64,000 nucleotides of DNA, from assembly GCF_035594765.1 (NCBI RefSeq), contig NC_085845.1, forward strand, positions 186,822,897 through 186,886,896, written 5' to 3'. This document shows positions 48,720 through 62,963 of this stretch, one piece after another. Below the pieces are notes generated by a model. That model made no database searches. It was not told where the DNA came from and saw nothing but the letters and a program-made list of their open reading frames with translations. Both the position numbers and the translations under genes were made by a program. Position 1 is the first letter of the stretch; each line of letters begins with the position of its first letter. The stretch comes from Anolis carolinensis (lineage: Eukaryota).

Positions 48720-50470
48720 CTTTATGCTTGGGTGCATAGGAAAGTTTTTAATTGCTTTTGAAGGAGGGCAGCAAAGGAGCCATTCTGATTCCCTTCAGGG
48801 AGTTTCAGAGGTGGGGGGAGGGGGGGCTGCAGAGAAGGCCCTCTCTCTCATCTCCACCAGCCAGGTTTGAGACGAGGGTAGGAATGAGAGGAGAGCCTCC
48901 CCTGATGAGTGCAGTGTCCAGGCAGGTTCGTATGAAGAGAGGCGGTTGGCTAAATAGTCAGGACCCAAACTATTTAGGGCTTTAAAGGTAATGACCAGCA
49001 CTTTAAATTTCGCCCGGTAGCAAACTGGTTCCCAGTGGAGCTGCCATAACATGGGAGTTGTTCTCGCCCTGAATAACGGTGCTCCAGTCAGTAACCTGGC
49101 AGCTGACCTTTGAATTAGTTGAAGCTTCTGAGCACTCTTTAAAGGCAGCCTCATATAGAGTGCATTGCAGTATTTATTTATTTATTTATACCCCGCCCTT
49201 CTCACCCCGAAGGGGACTCAGAGCAGCTTACAAGTAGGCAACATTTCAGTCCAGTCGAGATGTAACTAGGACGTGTACTACCATGGCCAAATCTGGCATC
49301 TCAAAATATGGACACAGCTGGTGCTCAAGTTTTAATTCTGCATAGGCACTCCTGGCCATCGCCAACACTTGATACTCCAGGGTCAGCGATGAGTCCAGGA
49401 TCACCCCCAAACTGTGTACATGTGACTTCAGGGGGAGTGTAACCACATCCAGCACAAGTTGTATCTCTATACCCTGATCTGCCTTATGATTGACTAGGAG
49501 CACCTCTGTCTTATCAGGATTTAATTTTAATCTTTTCGCCCTCATCCAGTCTGTTAATGCCGACGAGCACCGGTTCAGGACCAGAACTGCATCCTTGGCT
49601 TTTGGTGGAAAGGAGAAATAGAGTTGGGTGTTATCTGCATAAATTTGACACCGAACTCCAAAACTCCGGATGATCTCTCCCAGTGGTTTCATGTAGATAC
49701 TAAATAGCATGAGTGACAAGATGGATCCCTAAGGGACCCCACAGGCCAAAGGCCAGGGCATCAAACAGGAGTCACCCAGCACCGCCTTCTGGGTTTGGTC
49801 CTCGGGGAAGGAACAAAGCCACTGCAAAACAGTGCCTCCCAATCCCTTCCCAGCAAGACAACCCAAAAGGATACCATAGTCGAGGGTATCAAAAGCCGCT
49901 GAGAGGTCCAAGAGAACTAGCAGGGACACACTCCCCCTTTCTTTCTATCTTCATAGATCATCTACCAAGGTGACCAGTGCCATGTCAGTTCTGTAACCAG
50001 GTCTGAAACCAGACTGAAATGGATCCAGATAATCAGTTTCTTCCAAGAAACTTTGGCACTGAGAGACCACCACTTCCTCCATAATCTTGCCCAAAAGGGG
50101 GAGATTTGAGACCAGCCGATAGTTATTTAATTTAATGGGATCCATTGCAGTTTTTTTTTCAATAAGGCTAGTTGAAATTTTGCCTTGAAATAAGGAGGCA
50201 TTCACTAGCACTTTCACCCACTCTGTCAGGCCCCTCTGGCTTGCCTAATCATTCAAGAAGGGCAAGGGTCAGGGATACAAGTGGTCACCCTAATTTCTTG
50301 TCCAAGTCCTGAGGCGAGACAAATTGAAAAGAACAACTTTATCTGCAAAGAACCCTGCAAATTCTTCGGAACAAGCTGTCGAGTGGTTAGGGTCCCCCAT
50401 CTGAGAGAGGGTGTGATAGTCCTCTGACCACTCAAATAATTTATTTGGTGGTCTGGAAGCTTTCGAACAA
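48720..50470 (-). mobile_element. Decayed L2 LINE (RT region)
   Basis: YRLVSNLPLLGK, QSGFRPGY, LLDLSAAFDT, YADNTQLY, LKLNPDKTE, QLHW motifs in broken frames. Confidence 0.9.
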
Positions 50471-51489
50471 GGATGGCATGCGTAACATGTTCTCAGTGTG
50501 GGAAATGAAAATGTATAAGTTGACATGCTTCCAAAGCAGTTTGGTCTGTTGCAGTTTTTTTAGTCGATGTCAAAATACTATAAATAGGACAAAACTGATA
50601 TAACATTTGCATTTCCAATTCTTAGGATTGCTGTATGAATATGTGCATGGAATACCTTTAGTATTGTCTCTGTTTCCATCCTTTCTTCTTTTTTTCCTCC
50701 GGCATACTGAATGATGTTAAGCACATATACACTCCATATATTGTTATAGAATTGGTACACGTAAAGTAATGTAACCACTCCGTCATTATAGTTCATGCAT
50801 CCAGGGGTTTTGTAGTCAAATTGTTTTACTTTCCACTTCATGTCATGCAGAACTATTATAGAATTTGACAAGAATATCAGTATTGTGAGAACAGAATGTT
50901 CTTTCTGTGTGGAAAACACTGAAAACCTTGATTAATATGCACCAAGGTCAACAAAAGTGTTAGATTTTATTGAAGCTGCCATAAATTTGTGGAACAAATT
51001 TGAAATTGACCCACTGTAGTTGAGTTAAATTCCACTCCTGATGGATTTTGGCAGCAATCCTTATTTTTAAATGGATTTCTGACGTTTCCTGTGTTAATAT
51101 GTTTAATATCATTCAGATGGTCATCTGCATTAATAAATTCCTAGAGTTTTTCCAGCATCTTGTCACTACTCGGTGTTCCTTCTATATGTCATATGGCTTT
51201 AAGAAAAGCTGTGCTTGAGGCTGAATAAGTTATCCATAAACAAATATTCTTGTTGGGAAACTATTCTAAACTATTGGTTAAATATTAAAAGATAATTTTA
51301 TTAATCTTGAGTAATATGCATTCAGACTGCTACTGGTATAAGAGCATAATCATTTGAAGTTGCTTATAAATAAATAAAAAATCTGAAAGCACAAAAACTC
51401 ACAGCCAAAGAAAGTAATTTCTTTCTCACTTTGAAGTGATCTTTATTCAAACAGTATAGACTTGGAGGCAAATACATATGTTGTTGTTG

Positions 51490-53400
51490 TGTTTATTTAT
51501 ATCCTGCTTTTTCGCTCCATAAGGAGACTCAAAGTGGCATAGAATTAAAAGCATTACAATACAATGTAAAATATACAAATATTAAAACAGTATTAAACAA
51601 CATTAATATTAAAAACAATTCAGGTTAAAATCATAAAAGCATATAAGACCAGCGTGCCCCCTGACTAGAACTTAAACGCCTTCATCTTTTAAAGCCTGTC
51701 TCAATAAAAACGGTTTGCCCTGACACTGGAAGGACACTGCGGGGGAGGGGGGCATTCTGGCTTCCCTGGGCAGGGAGTTCCAGAGTCAAGGGGCAGCCAC
51801 TGAGAAGGCCCGCTTTCTCGTTCCCACCAACCGAGCTTGAGATTGAGGTCAGATCGAGAGAAGGGCCTTTCCTGAAGATCTCAGGGCCCGAGCCGGTTTG
51901 TACAAGGGGATGCGGTAAACCAAATAGCCTGGACCTGAGCCGTTTAGGGCTTTAAAAATCATATCCAGTACTTTGAATTGTGCCCAGAAACAGACTGGCA
52001 ACCAGTGGAGCTGCTTCAACAGGCAGGTGGTCCCTGTAGCCAGGACAGCTTCCTTTGCTTTAGGTGTAAAGGAATAGTAGAATTGGGTGTCATCTGCATA
52101 TTGGTGGCACCAAACTCCAAAACTCTGGATGACCACTCCCAGCAGTTTCATGCATATATTAAACAGCATGGGGAGCAAAACAGAATCTTGAGGAACCCCA
52201 CAGGACAACGGCCAGGAGTTCGAACAGCACCACCTTCTGGGTACGGCCCTCCAGGAAGGACCAGAACCACTGTTAAACAGTGCCTTCCAGTCCCATCCCA
52301 GCAAGATAACCCAGAAAGTATGGTCAAGTATGGTATAGTATGGTCAATGGTATAGAAAGCCACTGAGAGATCCAGGAGAACCAACAGGGACACATCCCCC
52401 CTGTCTAGTTCTCTGTGTAGGTCATCCACCAAGATGCCCAAAGTTGTCTCTGTTCCATAGCCAGGCCTGAAGTCAGATTGAAATGATGATAATCTATCAA
52501 CCAGAAACCCCTGGAGTTTAGAGGGCACCACACGCTCCAAAACCTTACTCAGAAAGAGGAGGTTGGACACTGGTCGATAATTATCAATTATAGAGGGGTT
52601 CAAATATGGCTTTTTAATAGAGACCTCACAACTGCCTGCTTTAGATAAGTTGGAACTTTGCCTTGTTCCAAGGAGGCATTGTTCCAAGGAACCAGTCCCC
52701 CTCTGGCCTGTTTGATCAGCCAGGAAGGGCAAGAATCTAGAATACATGTGGTAGCTCTCACCTCTCTAAGGATCCTGTCCACGTCCTCAAGCTGCACAAA
52801 TTGAAAGGTATCCATCAGCACTGGACAAGCAGAAGCTAAAGTTACATCCAGGCCCGGCCCAACATGGGAAGCTAACGTTGTTCCCGTGTTGGGCGCCATG
52901 TTCCCGGGGGAGCTATCAAGCCCCCCCAGGAGGCGGGGCCACACCTGGCCCCGCCTCTGGCGCCCTGGCCCCGCCTACCATGCAGCCTGAGAGGCGGGGC
53001 CAGGGCATGCAGCACGGGGCGGGGGCCAGGTCTAGCCCCCGCCGCCCACGGCGTGCATCCTGACCCCGCCTCCCATGCTGCCCGCACCCAGGTTTGGCCA
53101 CGCCTCCCGCAGCGCGGGGGCGCAAACATTTTTTTTGCGTACCCCTTTATATTTCCTTGGGCCGGTCCTGGTTACATCCATTGGAACTGTATCAATAACA
53201 GCATCCAAGTCAGAACAGATCTGAGCGACTTTATCTGTAAAATGCCATGCAAATTCATCACAGCGAGCTGCTGAATGGTTGGAGATTTCTCCTTGAGGAC
53301 TAGTATGCAATAGCCCTCTGACTACTGGAAACAACTTAGCTGGATGGTTCCTTGCAGATGCAAGGATCTCTTCTCTTAAAGAAGCGAAATGCTGTAGGGT
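51490..53400 (-). mobile_element. Second decayed L2 LINE with internal deletion
   Basis: YRPVSNLLFLSKVLE, LLDLSVAF, GVPQ, YADDTQ, QLHWLP motifs; (TTTA) tail near 51490. Confidence 0.88.
52849..53170. mobile_element. GC-rich non-autonomous hAT element inserted in L2
   Basis: TIRs caggcccggccc / gggccggtcctg; perfect 8-bp TSD gttacatc (52841-52848, 53171-53178). Confidence 0.88.
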
Positions 53401-54253
53401 AGATTTATTTACTGTCACCACTAACCTGATGAAATTGGAGGGGAGAGCATGCAATATAAGCAGTGTGCCCTGGTAGTTTATCAATAAAGATACAGAAAAT
53501 AGATCCTGATCTGCAAAGAAACCAATAGATCTGACAGTTTGTTGAAAAGTATTAAGATGTTTTTAGATGTCACTATGTATTTATTTTGCAACATGTATAT
53601 TCTGTCAGTGGGCAGTTTTTAAAAGAATTTCAGTTAGTGTCAGTTGTTTGGAATAAGTTTGGATGCCTGTGCAAATGCTGTAATTTGACTTCTGAAACAA
53701 ATGCTCAGTTTGGACAGTGTATGAAAAGTATCTGATTAAGACTTAATCACCTAAATTCTTGGTGATGGTTCTGCCTTGCAGCATGTGTGTAAGAGTAAAA
53801 TATAGAGGGAGCAAATCCTTGAGAAGTTCAGGAGCCATTTAATGTATTTCTTCCCCTGTGAGTCCTTCTGTCTTAAAATATTGGGAAGCAGCACAACTAA
53901 TTTTACACAGAGAAGACAGAACATTGGCCTTAACAAACTGCAATCAGAATGATGACTGTTGGTCAGAATATCATTTTTATTTTATTTTTAAATACCTAAA
54001 ACCTAACAGTGTTGCCTAATGGCAGGACACCTATACCTGTTTTTAATTCCTCTTTTTTTGCTTATTTTAGTCCTTGAATTGCAGATTCTGCTTACTGCTT
54101 TCTGCTTTGTCCTCCTGGGCTCTTAGCCTCATCCCACTGCATTTCACAATTTATTTCATAGTGTATGATCAGGGTTTATATACTTTTTAAAAATATTTGT
54201 TTCAAGTAATGAAATTTGTTTCACATTTTTCCTGTTTTGCATAATTTTAATTA

Positions 54254-54254
<1 letters not shown>

Positions 54255-54288
<34 letters not shown>

Positions 54289-54380
54289 TAAAACATTTAT
54301 ATTCCACCCTTCTCACCCTGAAGGGGACTCAGGGCAGAGCACAACATATATACGGCAAACGTTTAATGCCGGAACATAAA
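54255..54380 (-). repeat. (GATT)n microsatellite and L2-like tail
   Basis: ttgattgatt run followed by cccttctcaccctgaaggggactcagggc. Confidence 0.65.
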
Positions 54381-57300
54381 ATAAACTATAAATATACATA
54401 ATCAGTTATCTCCACTTTAAAATCAATTGTTTAAACCATTTCAGGTCAGGCAATGACTTTAAACAATGACAGACAGGTTTATTATTTGTATTACATCCAG
54501 AGATTGTGGGGTCTTCTTCTCGGGACATCTTCAAAAAAGAGGCTACAGCTACCTGGTGGGGATGCTTTAGCAAGAGATCTTGCTTTGATCCTACAGAGGG
54601 GTGAACCATGTGATTCACGGGGCTCCTTCCATTTATGTGATTTTATACGATGGAGGACAGTCCTGATTAACCCTTTGGCATCCCACTTTTTCAGCTGTGT
54701 TTAACATGTCCCAATTTTCTCTCCTCTTTCCACTTTCCCACTTTGCCCTCAACTTACTTCAGTTGGTTCAGGAGGAAATAAAATCTTGCCTTTCACAATA
54801 GGCTACAGCATTTCCTAACTTAGGTGTTTGTCTTCCTTTAACAACTTTTGCCATCTTGACCACACACTGTCGTTGCTTGGGCACACATGTCCCAGTTTTC
54901 AACTGTGAAATGTTGAAGGTTATGTAATATAATCTATAATCAACACAAAATCAAGCAGGAGAAGAAAAGTACAAAGCATTATGTGCATAAAATATAAAGT
55001 TACATTTAACATGAAGAAAATGAGAACTAGCCCAGAATAAAACTAGGATTTTCCCAGAAGCAAAGGGAAAAGCAGTGCTGGACAACTGTGTCCTTCCAGA
55101 TGTGAAGTGTCCATAATCATTGATTATGCTGGCTACAATGATAGAAATACTAAGTGAAAAACATGTGAAGGATCACAGTTACCCAACTGTGGCCTAAGGG
55201 CCAACAGCATTTAATCATTGCATAATTATTGGTGCTATAGCTGAAAGCTTTGTCCATGATGGATGCCCACTGTACCTTGGCTCTTTCACATTAAGTGATA
55301 TTAGATGGATCAATGAGGCAGTTGGGTATAGAGAGTTAAAAGAGTTTCCATCTGTTCTGGATTTTCTGTTGCTTGAGGAGACAGAAAAGTCAGGAATTAG
55401 TGCTGTGGGATGGATTTTTCCTGTCAAACCATTAGCAATTGACAGAAATGCTGATGAGGTGATAATGAATGAAAAATTCTGCTCCTTTGGCTAGGTAGTT
55501 GAGCAACCCAAACACTGAGCAAGTCTCACTCCAAAAGTTGCCAAGAATCCCCCACATTAACAGCAGCATAATTAAGAGGTATATTTTCCTGGATGCATGT
55601 TAGAAATGTACTGCCAACAGTACTTGAGGAAATACATATCCTTGTTTATGAGAGAGGAGAAGGAGAGGGAAAGATGTGCTGTTTTGGAACCTATCAGCTG
55701 GAGTTACTAGAGAGTCTAGTCAAGTAGAAACAACGAGAGAAGTGAGATCAGCGTATGTATGTGTTTATAAATGCTAGGTGGAGAATGTTACCTCAGGTGC
55801 CAGAGCAGAATATTTTAGTGTAATATCATCTTAATTTTCTGGAAGTATTTAAAAGCATTTTTCTGTCACATTATATAAGTTTCCTTCACCTTTTCTTTTT
55901 TAAGCTTAAAATCTGAAATATGTATAATGTTTATGTACACCTATTTGTATTCTCTATATCCTTCAATTAGTTCTGGTGACCTCCAAGAGGTTATTCCATT
56001 TTATATTCATAACTACTTGGGGAAATTGGTTGGAGTGAGGCATGGTTGGTTGTTGAAGGCCACCCAGTAATTTTATGGCTCAACAGGGATTTGGACCTGG
56101 GCTTTCTAAGCCCAGACATTAGCCGTAACACATTTTACAGTCTGCCTCTGAATACCAGATTCTGAAGTGAAACTTTGACTTAGTTATTTCACGGTCCCAG
56201 ATAATATCTGTATCTACTCAAATAAGTAGCATAGTATTTTGATCCTTATAGTTTAGTTATTTAATTATTTAGAAACACTTAATTAAATAATCCCTACATT
56301 TAATTCTGAATCCAGGATTTCTTCATTTTGGGTTTTTTTTTTCTTATTTTATTTTATATTTATAGTATTAATACCCTGCACTTTCTCTTCTCTTAATCTA
56401 CATTTTGTGATTTCCTTTAAGGGGATGGTGCAATTAGTGTTCACTTCCATATGAATGATTTCCGTATTGTTTCATCATACAGTATTATAATTGCCTGGCT
56501 GATCTTCTGAATCTGAGATTTTGTTGATACCATCCTAATGTTAAAAATGGAGGTACATGAAATAGAGAACATTCACAAGAATAATAAATACTATTTATCA
56601 TTTATAAATATACATATTTAAAGAAATCAGCTATTATCTTTAGATTGTCTTAAGTCCAACATGGACTTTGGACAAATACAATTGCCTGCATCCAACATAG
56701 ATTTTCTTTACCTTCTAAATGCAAAGTAGATACACAACCTGTGAGGCATGCCTTGGGAAAGTAAAAAGAACTGTTAACACGTTGAAGAAGAATTACAGAA
56801 AAATAGATGACTCTTAATTAAAAGTGTTTGTCAGCACTCCAAGAGGGTTTTTTTATTACTATTATCAGGCTTTCAAAGCCCCTTCATATTTTGCTTCCTG
56901 TGAAATATTTCAAGGAAACCAAAGTGTGCTGTTTTTAAACTTGATTATAGGTTAGAGAATGCCAAGTAATTATCTGCCCAAAAATCGCTTCTCTTTCTTT
57001 TTTTATAACTATGCGTGAGAGGGAAGTTTGGTCAGAGTTGCCAGTATAATTAACCATTTCAGTCTGGCTAAGTTTCTGTTTAGTAAACATTCAGTTCCAT
57101 CTTGGGTTTGCCTGTTGAAAGTGCAGAACTGTGTTAGTGGGCATGCTTTCTTTTGTCTATGTGCACGTACACATGTACTTGCAGACAATTTCAACATTTG
57201 CAGGAATTCCAATTACATATATATTACATATATTCCAATTACATATGTGTGAAATTTCATTTGTTGACAAATTTGGATTATGATTTGTATGGTTCCTAAA

Positions 57301-57619
57301 ATTTGGTGGGATTCATCAAACCAAAAGGTCCAACAGACATGTGATCTACTGCAAAAAAAAAAGCAAGTAAAATATCACAAAAAAGCAATTGCAATCTTGT
57401 GTTAAGTCTCATTATGTAATAATTTACAAAACCTGAAAAAAATGTGTTTCTCCCAGAAAATAGCTAGGTCAAAACTTCAGATGGATTTACATAGGAAAAA
57501 ATACCAAAGCTAGGGGGCATTATCTATTTCTTTCCCATTGTTATTTAGCTTTTGGGAGCGATTTACTAATTGGTCATTACTAGGAATTCATATAGGACCT
57601 TTTGCCCCAACGATTCTTC

Positions 57620-58690
57620 ATGGATAGATACCTTCATAAAAACTTCAACCATCACCCAGGTCAAAAAAGAAGCACAATCAAAGCCCTGGCAGACAATGCG
57701 AAAGGAATCTGTGAACCCCACCTCCTCCAAGGTGAACTGAACCACCTAAATTGGGCTCTACGGGCCAATGGATATTCCACCACAGACATCAGAAGAGCTG
57801 CAAGGCCAAGAACAAGCCATGATCCACCCAGAGGAAAAGTGGTCTTACCATACATCAAGGGAACCACTGACCACATAGGTAAGCTGATGAAGAAACACAA
57901 CCTACAAACTATCTACAGACCCACTAAGAAAATCCAACAAATGCTACCTTCAGCAAAGAACGAGAGATCCTCTCGCTTCTGCAGGAGTCTACCGTATGGC
58001 ATGCAGCTGTGGACAAGTCTACATAGAGACCACCAAACACAGCATTGCCCAAACACGAATCAAGGAACATGAAATGCATTGCAAACTAATCCAAACAAAG
58101 AAGTCAGCTATAGCAGAGCACTTGATGAACTAACCTGGACACAGCATATTATTTGAGAACACAGAAATGCTGGACCACTCTAATAACCACCATGTCAGAC
58201 TATACAGAGAAGCCATTGAAATCCACAAGCATGTGGACAGTTTCAACAGAAAGGAGGAAACCATGATAATGAATAAAATCTGTCTACCAGTATTTTAAAA
58301 AAACTCTAAAATCAGAACAGTAAACATTCAGAAAACAGGAATTCCAGACAAGAAATAGTCAGGGCCAGCTAACACCTCTCAACAAAGGATTCTTTCAGGC
58401 AAGAAGCAGCCAGGCTTTGAATCTGCAAGGCCATTAAATGCTAATCTGTCTGGCCAATTGCAACATTCACACTTGCCTCAAATAGACAAGAGTTCTTTCT
58501 TCCAACCTGGGCTTTCCACAGATATATAAACCCCACTTGCCTAATTTCCAACAGACCTCACAAGCTCTGAGGATGCCTGTCATAGATGTGGGTGAAATGT
58601 CAGGAGAGAATGCTTCTGGAACATGGCCATACAGCCCAAAAAACTCACAACAACTCAGTGATTCCAACCATGAAAGCCTTCAACAATACA
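57620..58690 (+). mobile_element. 5'-truncated Penelope-like element (RT thumb and GIY-YIG endonuclease remnant)
   Basis: DRYLH..NHHPGQK, LPYIKG, GVYR..CSCGQVYI..RIKEH motifs across frameshifts. Confidence 0.88.
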
Positions 58691-60975
58691 ATATACTGTA
58701 TATTAGGAAACAAGCCTTTGGCTAGTACTGTCTTTCCAAAGACTTCATTTCATTTTCCTGGCAGTTATGATCAGCCAATCTGACTTTCCTTATCCCTGTT
58801 GACAATTTTCCTTTCACATATCAATGTATCATAGTACCATCGCCAAAGGTATCATTAATGAGAGGGATTCAGTTTCTCCTTGTCCCTCATGAGTTCTGCA
58901 TATTTGGATTTTACACATTTGCAACAGAGAATCTCTATAGCTTTGCAATGCTTAATCTGTACTGATCTGTCAGTAACAAAAACGGTTCATTCTACCACCA
59001 AACTAAATGAGGCAGTGGGAAATAAAAATACTGTTATGTCACCTGGACTTTTTTCAAAGACCTCCAACAATGATTAGGACTCCACTCAAGTAAACTCCTT
59101 ATAATGATGTATTGGAGTCTTGGAGGAATAGTGTTCAGACATTTAAAATAGTCTTTAAGACATGAAAGTGAGTAAAATAACTATTGCATTTGTATTTAGC
59201 CTTTTGAAGACAGGATAATATTTTGCTTTTTTTAAAAGCTGTAAATGTAAGAATAAAACCTGAGGTTCAAAATGCTGTGATTTAAGGAATGAAGTCCATG
59301 AAATCAACTGCCAGAAGTTATTAAAAAAATCTCAATTTATTTTACTATTTTGTAACTTGAAGCAGTTAGTGCATTTTTTCTCAAACCACCGGTTAGCTTC
59401 AGCTGTTTATTGAACTACTCATTAGTAACATATAAAACTTGGAGCTCAGACTCGCTCCCCTTCAGGTTTCCCCACACAAAAGTTAATGAGCACTGTAAAA
59501 CAAATACAGACTGCTTACGTACATTTATTTTTAAATACCTATCACCAGCAAGTAAGCTTCATAGGTTTATTGGCCATGGGGAAGAGGCTCTTTGGTCTCT
59601 TCACAGTGATACTAATACAAAGTGTTCTTTCTCTACTGCGTTTAGTAGTGAGGAAAGGACAAGATATATCACAGTTGCTGGTACATGGGGGTAGAATGGA
59701 GAACTACCAGCCAAGGTACCACTAGCTACCTTCATCCCTACCTTGAGAATCTTCAGCCTGTGGCCTGTATCAACCACAAATTGCCCCTTCCTTCCTGAGC
59801 ATAGCATTGTTTCTGCACTGCTGCTAGTTGAAATTAGTGCTCCTTAAGTTCATTCTCCAGTTTTAAAGTAATCCTGATTTCAAAGCTGGTTATGAGAGGT
59901 CTGTTAGTGTTAATCTACCCATAAGGGGAAAGTAATGAAAATTCACAATTCAGAAATGGAAACCTTTTAAAAAAAAAACCCTCAAATTCTGTCCATTAAG
60001 GTCAGTATGTTTTGTTTTTTGCATGCTGAAACATTAAATTATTAATATTTCAGCTGAAGTAAGACTCCTTTAACTTCTGCCTTGTCTGAGCAGTGGAGTA
60101 GCTGCTATTTTATAAGATCATTCAGAGTAAGTTTAATATTGTGTTTATTTACACAGAACAGTGTTTTTAATGGTGGCAATAATTGGGCTCTAAAGTTTTT
60201 CATTAGGGGCCCATAAAATAGTTGGCAGCATCCCTATTATAGAGAAGTGGCTCGTAAAGGTTAGAGACAGTCTTGATCTGATAAGGTCTCAGTAGAGCAA
60301 CAACTGCAAAATCAGACATTGAGTTCTGTAATAACTCCAAATTATAGCTGCTTTGTTTAAAGTGTTATTTTAGATTTGTAGTTGTCTGAAAAAAAAATAA
60401 GCCTTTGGGTAGATACTGTCTTTTTTTTTGTTTGCTGTATGTAAGCCTCTCAAGAAGCCTATTTGGCTGAAAATGAAAATGCTTTAAATAAATAGATAAA
60501 ATAAAATAGACTTAACACCAATTTTAATTGGTGAGATACCATAAGATAAAGGATGCATATTGAGGTATATATAGTGGATATGAACTGGTATGTGTATGTG
60601 AGATCATCTTTTTGGGGGGAAATATTTTCAAGCCATGGATGGTGACATCTGTAATTGTACAATCTGTGGATACAAAAAGGCTTGAATCCAATCTCAAATT
60701 ATATGTCACATCTGAAAACACAGAGAATTTTAACTGTTGGTGTATTTATTATATAAGCTTAAATTTTAACTGTCAATTTAATTGATTTTTGTGGAATAAT
60801 ATTTTTGAGTTGACCTATTAAATCTGAAATTATCAGCTGTGTCGTATTTCTTACAAAATGGAAAATATAATCACAATTGATATGAAATTCATGTACTCTA
60901 AAGAACACCATAGCTTTTTCATTAATAGTTATATATGAAATTGAAAATCAAGATCTATTAGGTTTGGTCACTAGA

Positions 60976-61304
60976 CTGGATACCTTAAACTTTTTTCTGC
61001 TCGTGACCCCATTCCATCCAATAAATTTTTACATGACACCAAATAAATAGGTATATAAAACAGGTATACAAATCAGACATTTACTGGTAATACATCAACA
61101 TTTGCAAAGCTTATTAAAGAGGCTGACTTTCCTTTATGTGAAGTACAGCTGAAGCATTTTCTCCAGAGTTCACTTTAAACACAGCAGATTTGTGTAAATG
61201 GATGGTGTTCAGAAACCTTTTACTACTGCCAATTATTTCATGATCCTAACATTCAGCCAAGGGGACCCCATTTGAGGTGGTAACCCACAGTTTAAGAAGC
61301 AGTG
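60976..61304. mobile_element. Degenerate hAT MITE
   Basis: cttaaact / cagtttaagaagcagtg ends, gacccc subterminal motifs, cactag flanks. Confidence 0.5.
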
Positions 61305-61889
61305 CACTAGGCAAAAACTGTTTAAACCCTTCCCTCCCATAGTTTACACAAAAACAGAATATTCAATGGGCTTTTCCTAAAATACACCTCAGTTGCTCAA
61401 TGACATTTTCCTTGTTTTACTTCATCCCAACAGAGCCTCTTGTCCCGTTCACACTTTGGGGAGCCCTTTGGGTCAAAGGATTAGAAAAAAGGTGCATACA
61501 GATAAGGCCAAGGTTGTATTCAGAGGTCAGACCCTGCAGACCTTGGGGAACTGGAATGGGCTCCTTCACCACCAGATGCCAAATTCTGTTTTAGAATCCT
61601 TTGCTTTACATTTTCCAAGCCTAGATGCAGTATCAGACTAAGAAGTGCAGAGGCCACAAAGATGAGATGAGAAACATGTGCACATTCTGCTGTTTATTGA
61701 AGGCTTAGCAGAGAAGGTCGTACAAAGCAAACTATGGCAAATGTACATGAGTTTAAAACTTGGTTAAGATGGTTGGAATAGCTATAGTACAAGATGAAAT
61801 GGATGTACTAATGAGAATTTGCTACTGAAGTATTAAAATAGTCTGAACTGGCATAGATGGCTTCAGATCTAAATTCTGTTCTAGGTTAT

Positions 61890-62560
61890 TGTTGTGACTC
61901 AGCTGGAACCTCAGAGTGACTCTGATGGGGATTCTGGTATTCAGGTTCAAAATCAGGTTCAGAATGTCCCTGTTGTAGAAGATGAGGAACAGAGTTTTTT
62001 TCCCACAGCAGGGAATGATGTTGATGATACTGAAACTAGCCAGATGCAAATTGACTTAGAAAATGAGGATAGTTCTCAGTCTGATAGCAAGCTGGCCGAC
62101 ACTAACGAGCAGGCTGACCTTGATGAAACAGGATCCTTGGATCGAGTTGACCGTTTGGAATTCAGGGTTCAGGGGAGTGTGAGACTAGCAAACAAGAAGA
62201 AGGTCAGAGGCCAAAGAAATGCTTTCATGTTTTGCAAAGGGTATTAAAGCAATGAGTTTGGAGACAAACCTTTGTCAAAGCAACGCTCGTTCTACCAAGA
62301 AGCAAGCTCTCGTTTTCCTGGATTATCTTGCAGCCTATGTGTTCATGTTCTTGGGACTTTGTCATGCTCTATTGGGACTTTGTTTATTCCTTGTGATTTC
62401 TGGAATTATTCTCTAAGACTGTATTTTGCAACAATCTTTTGGAACTTTACTTTTGCTTTTAAAGAACTTTTTATCTTCTATTTTTTAATAAAGTAAAAAG
62501 ACTTCAACCTGTGTGCAGTTTGGTGTATATAGCAAGGTGAAGCTAACCTGAGGGGCAACA
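61890..62560 (+). mobile_element. Gypsy LTR A (5' LTR of an older, internally deleted element)
   Basis: TGTTG...CAACA termini, TATA-like TATTAAA at 62242, AATAAA 62487-62492, followed by gag remnant. Confidence 0.8.
61894..62247 (+). CDS. U3-encoded acidic ORF of LTR A (GTG at LTR position +5)
   Basis: 117 open codons, D/E-rich, ends in QGSVRLANKKK; translation unproven. Confidence 0.4.
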   Translation: MTQLEPQSDSDGDSGIQVQNQVQNVPVVEDEEQSFFPTAGNDVDDTETSQMQIDLENEDSSQSDSKLADTNEQADLDETGSLDRVDRLEFRVQGSVRLANKKKVRGQRNAFMFCKGY

Positions 62561-62574
62561 ATTTGCATTAACCC

Positions 62575-62937
62575 CTGGAGGAGCTGATTAAGCTGTGTAT
62601 CCGGCTGGATGGTGTTCTTTCAACTCAGCGCCAGGTCAGCCGTTCCTTGACCGAGCCATTGGGGCCTCAGCAGCCGGTGCCGGTGATTCCGCAGGCGACT
62701 AACCAGGAGGAGCCCATGCGTCCCAGGATTGATGCTGCGGAAAAGGCCCGGCGGCAGCAGCTGAACTTGTGTTGGTATTGCGGGGTGAGTGGACATTTTT
62801 CACGGGAGTGCCCTGCAAAGAGAAAGCCGGGGCCCCGGTTGGCAGCGGTTTCCAGGGCTCGGGGGCCCTGTGAGGAACCGGGATGTCACGAGAGCTGCAT
62901 TGAGGAGCCAGCAGGGGAAGGGAGCGGCCGAGTTTAG
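62575..62937 (+). pseudogene. Gypsy gag C-terminal remnant with CCHC zinc knuckle
   Basis: LEELIKLCIRLD and LCWYCGVSGHFSRECP. Confidence 0.88.
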
Positions 62938-62963
62938 ATGGGCTCACTAACTCAGTCTCCTCC

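Noticed and set aside
62884-62892. tgtcacga as the start of LTR B
   Set aside because: Lies inside A's open gag frame; 62964 gives the longer terminal match including gaccc, though the 3' LTR is needed to be sure
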